Origin: Candidatus Methylomirabilia bacterium
GTDB taxonomy: Bacteria > Methylomirabilota > Methylomirabilia > Rokubacteriales > CSP1-6
Reading direction: 5' to 3'
Length of the DNA: 64,000 bases
Assembly (NCBI GenBank): GCA_041496385.1
Contig: JBGQEL010000003.1
Location: 32,001-96,000 of the forward strand
Shown piece after piece: positions 9,359-17,449 of this stretch. The first letter of the stretch is position 1; each line of letters begins with the position of its first letter. Below the pieces are notes generated by a model. It was given only the letters and a program-made list of their open reading frames with translations, was not told the DNA's origin and searched no databases. The translations under genes and the position numbers were made by a program.

Positions 9359-9511
9359 GCCCGGTCGACGGGCGAGCGGAGCGGTGAAATGGCTCGAATG
9401 GCCGTGCGACGTGAGCCCGGTCGACGGGTGAGCGGAGCGGTGAAATGGCTCGAATGGCCGTGCGACGTGAGCCCGGTCGACGGGTGAGCGGAGCGGTGAA
9501 ATGGCCCGAAT
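9343..9511. repeat. Three tandem 56-bp repeats spanning the cobT stop and cbiA start
   Basis: Unit tggccgtgcgacgtgagcccggtcgacgggtgagcggagcggtgaaatggctcgaa at 9343, 9399, 9455; one substitution each in copies 1 and 3. Confidence 0.95.
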
Positions 9512-10886
9512 AATCGTCATCGCGGGCACCGCGACCGGCGTCGGGAAGACGTCCGTCACGCTCGGGCTTCTCGAAGCCCTCCGACGGCGCGGGCTGCGCG
9601 TCCAGGCCTTCAAGGTCGGACCCGATTTCATCGATCCGGGGTTGCACGAGCTCGCGAGCGGCCGGCCCTCCTACAACCTGGACGGCTGGATGTGCGGTCG
9701 CGACGCCGTGCTCGACTGCGTGGCGCGTCACGCGACCGGGGCGGACCTGGCGCTCGTCGAGGGCGTGATGGGCTGCTTCGACGGCGCCGAGCCCACGAGC
9801 GACGAGGGCTCGACGGCGCAGATCGCGAAGTGGCTCGGCGCGCCCGTGGTGCTCGTGCTGGACGCCTGGGCGCAGGCGCGAAGCGCCGCGGCCGTCGTCC
9901 ACGGATTCGAGCGCTTCGATCCGGCGCTCGACGTGGCCGGCGTCGTCGTGAACCGCGTGGGCGGCGCGGGACACGGCCGGCTCGTGCTCGACGCGATCCG
10001 GTCGGCGTGCCGCGCCGAGCCGCTGGGCGCGGTCGTCCACGATGAGGCGCTGACGCTTCCCGAGCGCCACCTCGGACTCGTCACGGGCCGCGAGGGAGTC
10101 CTCGACGGAGAAAAACTCCGGCGTCTCGGCGACGCCATCGAGCGCTCCCTGGATCTGGAGCGCCTCCTCGCGCTCGCGCGCGAGATTCCCGCGGGCCGGG
10201 GCAGGCCCGCGCCATCCGGAACGACACGCGCGCTCGCGCCCGGCCCGGTCCGCGGGCCTCGAATCGGCGTCGCGCGAGACGCGGCGTTCCAGTTCTACTA
10301 CGAGGAGAATCTCGAGCGGCTGCGGGAGGCGGGCGCGGAGCTCGTCGCGTGGAGCCCGCTTGCGGAGGCGGAGCTGCCGGACGTGGACGGCCTCTACCTC
10401 GGCGGCGGCTACCCCGAGCTGCACGCCCGCCGGCTCGCCGAGAACGCCTCGATGCGGAAGGCCGTGCGGCGCTTCGCAGAGTCCGGGCGGCCGGTCTACG
10501 CCGAATGCGGCGGTCTCATGTACCTCGCCGAGTCGCTCGAGGACGCCGACGGCGTCGAGCATCCGATGGTCGGCGTGCTGCCCGCGACGGTGCGGATGCG
10601 CCCGCGCCGGATGGCGCTCGGCTACACGGAGGTCTCGTTCGCGGCCGACACGCCGCTGGCTCCGTCCGGCGCCGCCGCGCGCGGTCACGAGTTCCACTAC
10701 TCGACGCTCGACCCGGTGCCGGCGAGCGTCGAGCGCGCCTACCGGATCCGGCAGCCCGGCGGCGAGGCCCGGGCCGAGGGCTACCTGATCGGCGGGACGC
10801 TGATGAGCTACGTCCATCTGCACTTCGCCGCGAATCCCGCGCTGGCGCGCGCTTTCGTCGACGCGTGCGCTAGAGCGCGCCGATGA
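9501..10886 (+). CDS. cbiA: Cobyrinate a,c-diamide synthase (CbiA/CobB)
   Basis: GVGKT, FKVGPDFID, VEGVMG, LPERHLGL, GGGYPEL, YAECGGLMYL, GHEFHYS, SYVHLHF. Confidence 0.95.
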   Translation: MARIIVIAGTATGVGKTSVTLGLLEALRRRGLRVQAFKVGPDFIDPGLHELASGRPSYNLDGWMCGRDAVLDCVARHATGADLALVEGVMGCFDGAEPTSDEGSTAQIAKWLGAPVVLVLDAWAQARSAAAVVHGFERFDPALDVAGVVVNRVGGAGHGRLVLDAIRSACRAEPLGAVVHDEALTLPERHLGLVTGREGVLDGEKLRRLGDAIERSLDLERLLALAREIPAGRGRPAPSGTTRALAPGPVRGPRIGVARDAAFQFYYEENLERLREAGAELVAWSPLAEAELPDVDGLYLGGGYPELHARRLAENASMRKAVRRFAESGRPVYAECGGLMYLAESLEDADGVEHPMVGVLPATVRMRPRRMALGYTEVSFAADTPLAPSGAAARGHEFHYSTLDPVPASVERAYRIRQPGGEARAEGYLIGGTLMSYVHLHFAANPALARAFVDACARARR

Positions 10887-11758
10887 CACGCGCGGCGCTG
10901 ACGCTCGCGCTCGCGGTCTCGCTGGCGGCGCCCGCCGCGGCGTTCACGACGCGCGACATGCTGGGGCGCGAGGTCACCCTCGTCGCGGCGCCGACGCGCA
11001 TCGTCTCACTGGTGCCGAGCGTCTCCGAGATCCTCTTCGCCCTCGGCGCCGAGGCCCGGCTCGTCGGGGTCACGGACTTCTGCGACTACCCGCCGGCGGC
11101 GCGCGGCAAGCCCAGCGTGGGCGGCATGGTCAACCCCAATCTCGAGGTGCTCCTCACGCTGCGGCCCGACATGGTCGTCGCCACCACGGAGGGGAACCGT
11201 GAGGAGACGTTCGCCCAGCTCAAGCGGCTGGGGATTCCCACGTACCTCGTCGCCGCGCACCAGCTGCGGGACGTCACGGTGCTCGTCACGCGACTCGGCG
11301 AGCTCACGGACCGCCGCGCCGCCGCGGCGATGCTCGTCGCCCGGCTCGAGGGGCGCATCGAGGCGGTGCGGAAGGCGGTCGCGCCGTTCCCGCGCCCGCG
11401 GGTCCTCTACGTTCTGTGGCCGGAGCCCCTGATCGTGCCGGGCCGCGAGGCGCTCGTGACCGAGCTGATCCGGCTCGCGGGCGGCGATTCGATCACCGCC
11501 GCCGACGCCGACGCGTACCCGCGCTACAGCCTCGAGGCGGCGGTGGCGAAGGCGCCCGAGGTGATCCTGCTCGCCAACCACGGCGCCAGCAGCGGCCCGA
11601 TCGACCGCGAGCGCTGGCAGCGGCTCACGGATCTTCCGGCCGTGCGCGCGGGGCGCCTGCACTCGGTGGACGGGAGCCTCCTGCATCGCTACGGCCCGCG
11701 GGTGGTCGACGGTCTCGAGCAGCTCGCGCGCGTGCTCCATCCGGAGGCCTTCCGGTGA
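10883..11758 (+). CDS. btuF: Cobalamin ABC transporter periplasmic binding protein
   Basis: Signal peptide; RIVSLVPSVSEILFALG, VGVTDFCDYP, RYGPRVVDGLE; B12 operon context. Confidence 0.88.
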   Translation: MTRAALTLALAVSLAAPAAAFTTRDMLGREVTLVAAPTRIVSLVPSVSEILFALGAEARLVGVTDFCDYPPAARGKPSVGGMVNPNLEVLLTLRPDMVVATTEGNREETFAQLKRLGIPTYLVAAHQLRDVTVLVTRLGELTDRRAAAAMLVARLEGRIEAVRKAVAPFPRPRVLYVLWPEPLIVPGREALVTELIRLAGGDSITAADADAYPRYSLEAAVAKAPEVILLANHGASSGPIDRERWQRLTDLPAVRAGRLHSVDGSLLHRYGPRVVDGLEQLARVLHPEAFR

Positions 11759-12771
11759 GCCAGGCCGGGCGCCTCGCGGCGCTGCTCGGCGTCCTCGCGG
11801 GCCTCCTGGCCCTCGCGGGCGCCGCCGCGCTGTTTCTCGGCAGCGCCGGGCTCTCGCCGGGCGCGGTCCTGAACGCCGTGACCGGCCGCGCGCCGGCGGG
11901 ATCCGTCGAGAGCGTCGTCACGCTGTCCATTCGCCTGCCGCGCATCGCCGTCGCCATCCTGGCCGGCGGCGCGCTCGCCGTCGCCGGCGTGGCGTTCCAG
12001 GCGCTCACGCGCAACCCGCTCGCCGAGCCCTCGGTGCTGGGGGTGTCGGGCGGCGCCGCCTTCGGCGTCGTGATCGGCCAGAGCGTGGGGCTCGGTGGCG
12101 GCCTGCTCGAGGCCGCCGGGCTCACGGCCTTCGCGTTCGCCGGCGCGCTCCTCGCGGCGGGCGCCGTCTATCTCATCGCCGCCGCGGGCCGCGGCGTCCA
12201 GATCCAGACGCTGCTGCTCGCGGGCGTGATCGTGGGGATCTTCTTCTCCTCGGCGATCACCGTCGTGATCTCGCTCCTCGACTTCAACCGCCTGGGCGGG
12301 GTCATCCACTGGCTGCTCGGCAACCTGGCGCCGATCCCGCCGCGGCCCCTGGCGCTCTTCGCGCTGCTCGCGGCGACCGGCTTCGGGCTCGTCCTCGTCC
12401 ACGCGCGCGAGCTGAACCTCCTGGCGCTCGGCGAGGAGTCGGCGCGGCAGCTCGGCGTGCACGCCGATCGCCTCAAGCTGGTGATCTTCGGCGGCGCCGC
12501 GCTTCTGACGGCCAGCGTCGTCGCGTTCGCCGGGCCCATCGGCTTCGTCGGGCTGATCGTGCCGCACGCCCTCCGGATGCTCGTGGGCCCCGACAACCGC
12601 CTGCTCGTGCCGGCCGCGCTCGTGGGCGGCGGCGCCTTCCTCCTGCTCGCCGACACGATCGCCCGAAACATCGTCGCGCCGGCCGAGCTGTCCGTGGGCG
12701 TGATCACGTCGTTCTGCGGCGCGCCCTTCTTCGTCTGGCTCCTGCGCACGCGCTACCGGGGGGGCGTGTGA
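11755..12771 (+). CDS. btuC: Cobalamin ABC transporter permease (FecCD family)
   Basis: GTGA overlap; IRLPRI, FQALTRNPLAEPSVLGVSGGA, LGEESARQLGV, GPIGFVGLIVPH. Confidence 0.88.
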   Translation: MSQAGRLAALLGVLAGLLALAGAAALFLGSAGLSPGAVLNAVTGRAPAGSVESVVTLSIRLPRIAVAILAGGALAVAGVAFQALTRNPLAEPSVLGVSGGAAFGVVIGQSVGLGGGLLEAAGLTAFAFAGALLAAGAVYLIAAAGRGVQIQTLLLAGVIVGIFFSSAITVVISLLDFNRLGGVIHWLLGNLAPIPPRPLALFALLAATGFGLVLVHARELNLLALGEESARQLGVHADRLKLVIFGGAALLTASVVAFAGPIGFVGLIVPHALRMLVGPDNRLLVPAALVGGGAFLLLADTIARNIVAPAELSVGVITSFCGAPFFVWLLRTRYRGGV

Positions 12772-13592
12772 GCGCCGGGCCGCTGGTCGCGCTGGACGGC
12801 GTCGGGTTCGCCTATCCGACCTCGCGCGCGGGACGGGCGCGGCCGTTCAAGCTCGCCGGGCTCTCCTTCGAGATCGCCCAGGGCGAGATCCTGGGCGTGA
12901 TCGGCCCCAACAGCGCGGGCAAGACGACGCTGATCCGCCTGCTCACGCGCGTGCTCGAGCCGGCGACGGGCGCGATCACGCTCGAGGGGCGCGCCCTCCG
13001 CGGCTGGCGCGCGGCGGAGCTGGCGCGGCGTATCGCCGTGGTGCCGCAGGGCGTGCCGCCGCAGTTCCCGTTCACGGTCGAGGAGCTGGTGCTGATGGGC
13101 CGCTATCCGCACGCGCCCGCCCGCTACTTCGAGGACCCGGCCGATCGCGCGGCCGCGCAGGCCGCGATGGCCGCGACCGGCGTCCTCGAGCTGGCCTCCA
13201 GCGGGCTCGAGGAGCTGAGCGGCGGCGAGCGCCAGCGCGCGGTCGTGGCGCGCGCGCTCGCCCAGGAGCCCCGCCTGCTGATCCTCGACGAGCCGACGGC
13301 CCACCTCGACCTCCGTCACCAGGCCGAGTCCGTCGCACTGCTGCGACGGCTGAACCGGGAGCGCGGCGTGACCGTCCTGCTGGTCTCGCACGACCTGAAC
13401 CTCGCCGCGGAGGTCTGCGACCGGCTGCTGCTCCTGGCCGACGGCCGCCAGCTCGCCACCGGCCCACCCGAGGCCGTCCTGACGGAATCGCGCCTGGCGG
13501 AGGCGTTCGCCTGCGAGGTGACCGTGGACAAGCATCCGACGACGCGCCGGCCGGTCGTGCAGATCGCCTGGCCGGACGGCGGGAGGAGGTGA
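12768..13592 (+). CDS. btuD: Cobalamin ABC transporter ATPase
   Basis: GPNSAGKTT, LSGGERQR, LDEPTAHLD, SHDLNLA. Confidence 0.88.
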   Translation: MSAGPLVALDGVGFAYPTSRAGRARPFKLAGLSFEIAQGEILGVIGPNSAGKTTLIRLLTRVLEPATGAITLEGRALRGWRAAELARRIAVVPQGVPPQFPFTVEELVLMGRYPHAPARYFEDPADRAAAQAAMAATGVLELASSGLEELSGGERQRAVVARALAQEPRLLILDEPTAHLDLRHQAESVALLRRLNRERGVTVLLVSHDLNLAAEVCDRLLLLADGRQLATGPPEAVLTESRLAEAFACEVTVDKHPTTRRPVVQIAWPDGGRR

Positions 13593-13617
13593 GAGCCCCC
13601 ACGACCGACTGAGCGAG

Positions 13618-13772
13618 TGCGCTCCGGATGCAGGGAAGCCGGTCTGAAGCCGGCACGGTCCCGCCACTGTGAGTGGGGAGCAGCGCCCCGTCGATGCCAC
13701 TGTCCGCCGCGCGCGGATGGGAAGGCGGGCGTCACGCGACGATCCACGAGTCAGGAGACCTATCCGGGGCGA
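13618..13772 (+). ncRNA. Second cobalamin riboswitch, internal to the operon, upstream of btuB
   Basis: agggaagccggtctgaagccggcacggtcccgccactgtga, gccactg, gggaaggc, gagtcaggagaccta; closing stem ctccggat/atccgggg; cctttc/gaaagagg hairpin over the SD. Confidence 0.93.
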
Positions 13773-13810
13773 TGACTTCCAACCCCTTTCGCGGAAAGAG
13801 GAGCGAAGCG

Positions 13811-15703
13811 ATGCGACGGATGGTCTGGATTGCGTGTATGTCGGCGCTGGCGGTGGCCCCGCCGGTGGCGGCCCAGGAGACGAAAAAGCTGGATCCCGTG
13901 GTCGTGACGGCGACGAAGACGGAGACGCCCGCCGGCCAGCTGGGCGCGAGCGTGAGCGTCGTCACCGAAGATGACTTCAAGACCTACCACTACCCGACCG
14001 TGGACGAGGCGCTGCGCAACGTGCCGGGCGTCGAGATCCGGCGCTCCGGCAGCTTCGGCAAGACGTCGGCGATCACGATCCGCGGCGCCAATACGAAGCA
14101 GGTCCAGGTCCTCGTGGACGGCATGCGCGTGAAGAACCCGACGCTCGGCGAGGTGGATCTGTCGGACATCTCGCCGGACCTGATCGAGCGGATCGAGGTC
14201 ATCCGCGGCCCCCAGTCGACGCTCTACGGCGCCGACGCGATCGGCGGCGTGATCAACATCATCACCAAGAAGGGCAAGGGCCCGTTCTCCGGCTTCGTCT
14301 CGCAGGAGGCGGGCAGCTACGACACCTACGGAACCCGCGCGGGGTTCTCGGGCACGTACGAGATCCTCGACTACGCCTTCGGCGCCTCCCACCGCGAGTC
14401 GAACGGCCACTTCAAGAACGACGACTCGGATGCGAACGCGGTCAACCTCCGTCTCGGCCTCTCGCTCCCGTCCCAGAGCTTCATCGCCTACACGTTCCGG
14501 TACAACCGCAACGAGACCGGGCTCCCGATGAAGTTCCTCTCGTCGAACTTCGGCGCGCTCGCGATCGACCCCGTCATCGACAGCAACAACCGCAACATCA
14601 GCGAGACCTACGTGATGGCGCTCACCGGCAAGACGCGGCCGCTGCGGTGGTGGGAGACGGAGCTGCGGCTCGGCTACTATCACAACACCAGCACGTTCGT
14701 CGACCTGCCCGACATGGCCGAGCAGTGCCCGTTTCCGCCGTGCGAGTTCCCGGGCCGGTTCAAGGTCGAGCGGAAGGAGGCCGAGTGGCTCAACCACTTC
14801 CACGTGGGGACGTGGTCCACGAGCACCTTCGGCGTCGAGCTCCGTGGCGAAGAAGGGCGGAACCTGAGCGCCCCGTTCGATGAGTCGAGCCACACGACCT
14901 CGGGGCTCTTCCAGCAGCAGTTCAGGTTCTTCGACCGACTCTTCATGTCGGCGGGCGTCCGCGTCGAGGACAACAGCATCTTCGGGCGGAACACGACCGA
15001 GCGCGGCTCGCTGGCGTACCTGATCAAGGAGTGGGGCACGAAGATCCGCGGCGGCGCCGGCTCCGGGTTCCGGGCGCCGACCTTCAACGAGCAATTCTTC
15101 CCCGGCTTCTCGGATCCGACGCTCAAGCCCGAGGTGAGCTTCTCGTACGACGTCGGCGTCGACCAGAAGCTCTGGGGCGACCGCGTGCGCCTCGGCCTCA
15201 CGTACTTCCACACGGACTTCGAAAACCTGATCGGCTTCGTGTTCATCCCGACGCCACCGTTCGTGAAGGGCGTGAACTCCGGCAAGGCGCGCTCGGCCGG
15301 CATCGAGTTCACCTCCGAGGTCGATATTCTCGACAACCTGCTGGCGAGCCTCAACTACACGTATACGGACAGCGAGGTGCTGGCCACGCGCCACCCGATC
15401 CCGCGCGAGCCCGCGCACCGCTGGAACATCGGCCTCACCTGGGAACCCATCAAGCGGCTCACGCTCTTCACGCAGGTCCAGGTCTCGACGCAGCAGTGGG
15501 AGCCGAGCGGCAACGTCTACAACGTAGGTCACACGCGCGTCGACGTCGGCGGCACGTACCGGCTCCTCGACCGCCAGGGCTGGCTCCAGTCGCTCGATCT
15601 GACGGCGCGCGTTGAGAACCTCCTGAACGAGGGCTACGCCGAGGTGCGGGGCTTCCCCGCGCTCGGGATCAACGGGCTCGTGGGCCTGCGCGCGGGGTTC
15701 TGA
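13811..15703 (+). CDS. btuB: TonB-dependent cobalamin receptor
   Basis: Signal peptide, TonB box VVVTAT, plug IERIEVIRGPQSTLYGADAIGGVINIIT, C-terminal Phe; behind a B12 riboswitch; SD gaggag. Confidence 0.9.
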   Translation: MRRMVWIACMSALAVAPPVAAQETKKLDPVVVTATKTETPAGQLGASVSVVTEDDFKTYHYPTVDEALRNVPGVEIRRSGSFGKTSAITIRGANTKQVQVLVDGMRVKNPTLGEVDLSDISPDLIERIEVIRGPQSTLYGADAIGGVINIITKKGKGPFSGFVSQEAGSYDTYGTRAGFSGTYEILDYAFGASHRESNGHFKNDDSDANAVNLRLGLSLPSQSFIAYTFRYNRNETGLPMKFLSSNFGALAIDPVIDSNNRNISETYVMALTGKTRPLRWWETELRLGYYHNTSTFVDLPDMAEQCPFPPCEFPGRFKVERKEAEWLNHFHVGTWSTSTFGVELRGEEGRNLSAPFDESSHTTSGLFQQQFRFFDRLFMSAGVRVEDNSIFGRNTTERGSLAYLIKEWGTKIRGGAGSGFRAPTFNEQFFPGFSDPTLKPEVSFSYDVGVDQKLWGDRVRLGLTYFHTDFENLIGFVFIPTPPFVKGVNSGKARSAGIEFTSEVDILDNLLASLNYTYTDSEVLATRHPIPREPAHRWNIGLTWEPIKRLTLFTQVQVSTQQWEPSGNVYNVGHTRVDVGGTYRLLDRQGWLQSLDLTARVENLLNEGYAEVRGFPALGINGLVGLRAGF

Positions 15704-16353
15704 TGGACGGCGTCGAGGTCGCCGTGGACCGGGAGGCCGTGGTGGTGACGGCGGGCGCGCCCCTCGCCGCCGTCTCCTCGGCCGTGGTCGGCGGCGGCCT
15801 CGGCGCGGCGCGCGCGATCGTGAACCTCCACGTGGAGAAGCACGCCGCGCTCGACGATCTCGAGGCGCGGCTCGCGGCCTTCGTCGCGCGGCGCGGCGTG
15901 CCGGCGCCGTGGATCGGCCTGATGACCTCGGCCTGGACCGAGAAGGCCGAGCTCGCCGAAAGCGCGGGCCACGGAATCGCGGCGCTTGCCGTGGTCACCG
16001 TCGGGCTCGGCAACCGCGTGGCCGCGGGCGTCGACGGGGCGGCGGTCTGGGCGCCCTCGACGATCAACGCGATCGTCGTCGTGGACGCCGCACCCGAGCC
16101 CGCGGCGCTCGTGAACGCGGTCATGACGGTCACGGAGGTGAAGACGGCGCTGCTCGCCGCGGCGGGCGTCCGATGCGACGACGGCAGGCCCGCGAGCGGG
16201 ACCTCCACCGACGCGGTCGTGGTGGCGGCGACCGGCCGGGGCCGCGCGTGCCGCTTCGGCGGGCCCGTGAGCGAGCTCGGCTCCGTCGTCGCGCGCGCGG
16301 CGCGGGCGGCGCTCGACGCCGGCATCCACAGGTGGCTCGAGGCGCACCCATGA
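15703..16353 (+). CDS. cbiZ: Adenosylcobinamide amidohydrolase
   Basis: SSAVVGGG, GLMTSA, TVGLGN, STINAIV, TVTEVK, SGTSTDAVVV, FGGPVSELG. Confidence 0.85.
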   Translation: MDGVEVAVDREAVVVTAGAPLAAVSSAVVGGGLGAARAIVNLHVEKHAALDDLEARLAAFVARRGVPAPWIGLMTSAWTEKAELAESAGHGIAALAVVTVGLGNRVAAGVDGAAVWAPSTINAIVVVDAAPEPAALVNAVMTVTEVKTALLAAAGVRCDDGRPASGTSTDAVVVAATGRGRACRFGGPVSELGSVVARAARAALDAGIHRWLEAHP

Positions 16354-17213
16354 GGCGCCGGCGGCTCGCGGTGCTCGGCCTATCGCTCGCGCTCCACGTG
16401 GCGGCCCTCGGTGCTGTGCTCGTGGCCGTCGCGCGCGAGACGCGGCTCGGCGCCCTCTTCATCGATCTGGCGCACTGGGTGGAGAGCGAGGCGGCCCGCG
16501 CGATACCGGTCGCCGGCGCGCGCGCGGGCGGCCCGGGGTCCGCGCAGCACGTCGCGCGCGCGCTCGACGCCCCGGTGCGGCGTCGCGCCGCGCCGGCCGA
16601 CGCGCCGGCGCCTTCGCCAACCGCGCCCGCGAGCCCGGCGCCGGCGGAGGCCGCCCCGTCTTCGTCGCCTCCGCTCGCGGTCGAGACGGCGCCGGCGCTG
16701 ATGGCCGCCGCGAAGACGTCCAGCGAGGGCGCCTCGGGGGTCGCGCCGGGCACGGGCGCCGCGGGGGCGACCAGCACGGGAGCGGGCGCCGCGGCTGCGG
16801 CCGGGATCGGAGGGAATCCGGCCCGAGCCGGCGCGCGCGGCGGCGAGGTCGGCTCGGCGCCCGACGTGAGCCGCGGCCTGGCGCTGGTGACGCCGGGCTC
16901 CGGTGGAAGTATCGTCGCCCCAGGCGCGGAGTACGGGCCGTATCTGACCCGCCTGCGCCAGCGCGTGCAGGAGGCGCTCCGGTATCCGCCCGCCGCGCGC
17001 CGCCGGAACGTCCAGGGGGCGGTCGGGCTCGAGATCCTGATCCGCCCCGACGGCACGCTCGGCGCCGTCACCCTCGTCGACTCGTCCGGCCACGCCGTCC
17101 TCGACGAGGCCGCGCTCGAGACGGTGCGGAGCCTGCGCCCCGAGCCGTTCCCGGCGGGCGTGCCCCCGCGTCTGCTGCGCGTGCGCTTGCCGGTGGTTTT
17201 CACGCTCGAGTGA
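16350..17213 (+). CDS. tonB: Energy transducer TonB
   Basis: N-terminal TM with SLALH, Ala/Pro/Gly linker, RYPPAARRRNVQG...SSGHAVLDEAAL...LPVVFTL C-domain. Confidence 0.88.
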   Translation: MRRRRLAVLGLSLALHVAALGAVLVAVARETRLGALFIDLAHWVESEAARAIPVAGARAGGPGSAQHVARALDAPVRRRAAPADAPAPSPTAPASPAPAEAAPSSSPPLAVETAPALMAAAKTSSEGASGVAPGTGAAGATSTGAGAAAAAGIGGNPARAGARGGEVGSAPDVSRGLALVTPGSGGSIVAPGAEYGPYLTRLRQRVQEALRYPPAARRRNVQGAVGLEILIRPDGTLGAVTLVDSSGHAVLDEAALETVRSLRPEPFPAGVPPRLLRVRLPVVFTLE

Positions 17214-17246
17214 GGGCTGAAGAGGGGCGGCGTAGATGCGGGCTCA

Positions 17247-17280
17247 CTTCAGGAAATCTTCAGGCGTGATCCATTACATT
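17247..17280 (+). promoter_or_regulatory. Tandem OmpR-family-type box plus -10 element
   Basis: cttcagg-aaat-cttcagg (11-bp period), 10 nt, then TACATT; same geometry as 30093-30126. Confidence 0.7.
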
Positions 17281-17311
17281 GGCTGAGACGTGCTATCTTC
17301 ACGCTATCGTC

Positions 17312-17359
17312 CACACCAAAGGGCTGACACTCAGCCAATTCGGGCCGATCGACGTCTCG
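17312..17359 (+). pseudogene. Relic fragment of a paralogue of the porin gene at 30273
   Basis: Encodes HTKGLTLSQFGPIDVS vs HTKGLTLSRFGLIDVS (30345-30392); 42/48 nt identical; no usable start, stop follows shortly. Confidence 0.85.
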
Positions 17360-17449
17360 TTCCCGGTGGTGTGAAATGACGCCGGTCCACAAGTTCGGTA
17401 AGGCATGGCCCGGCCGCCAAGTCATCCGCTGGTCGAGGAGGATGGGTTG

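Noticed and set aside
9343..9511. 56-bp repeats as a CRISPR array
   Set aside because: Units are contiguous with no unique spacers, and no cas genes are present
13673..13810. ORF-track start of btuB at 13673
   Set aside because: That stretch is the riboswitch; SD and signal peptide support ATG 13811
16560..16920. Ala/Pro/Gly low-complexity region as a repeat element
   Set aside because: Normal periplasm-spanning linker of TonB
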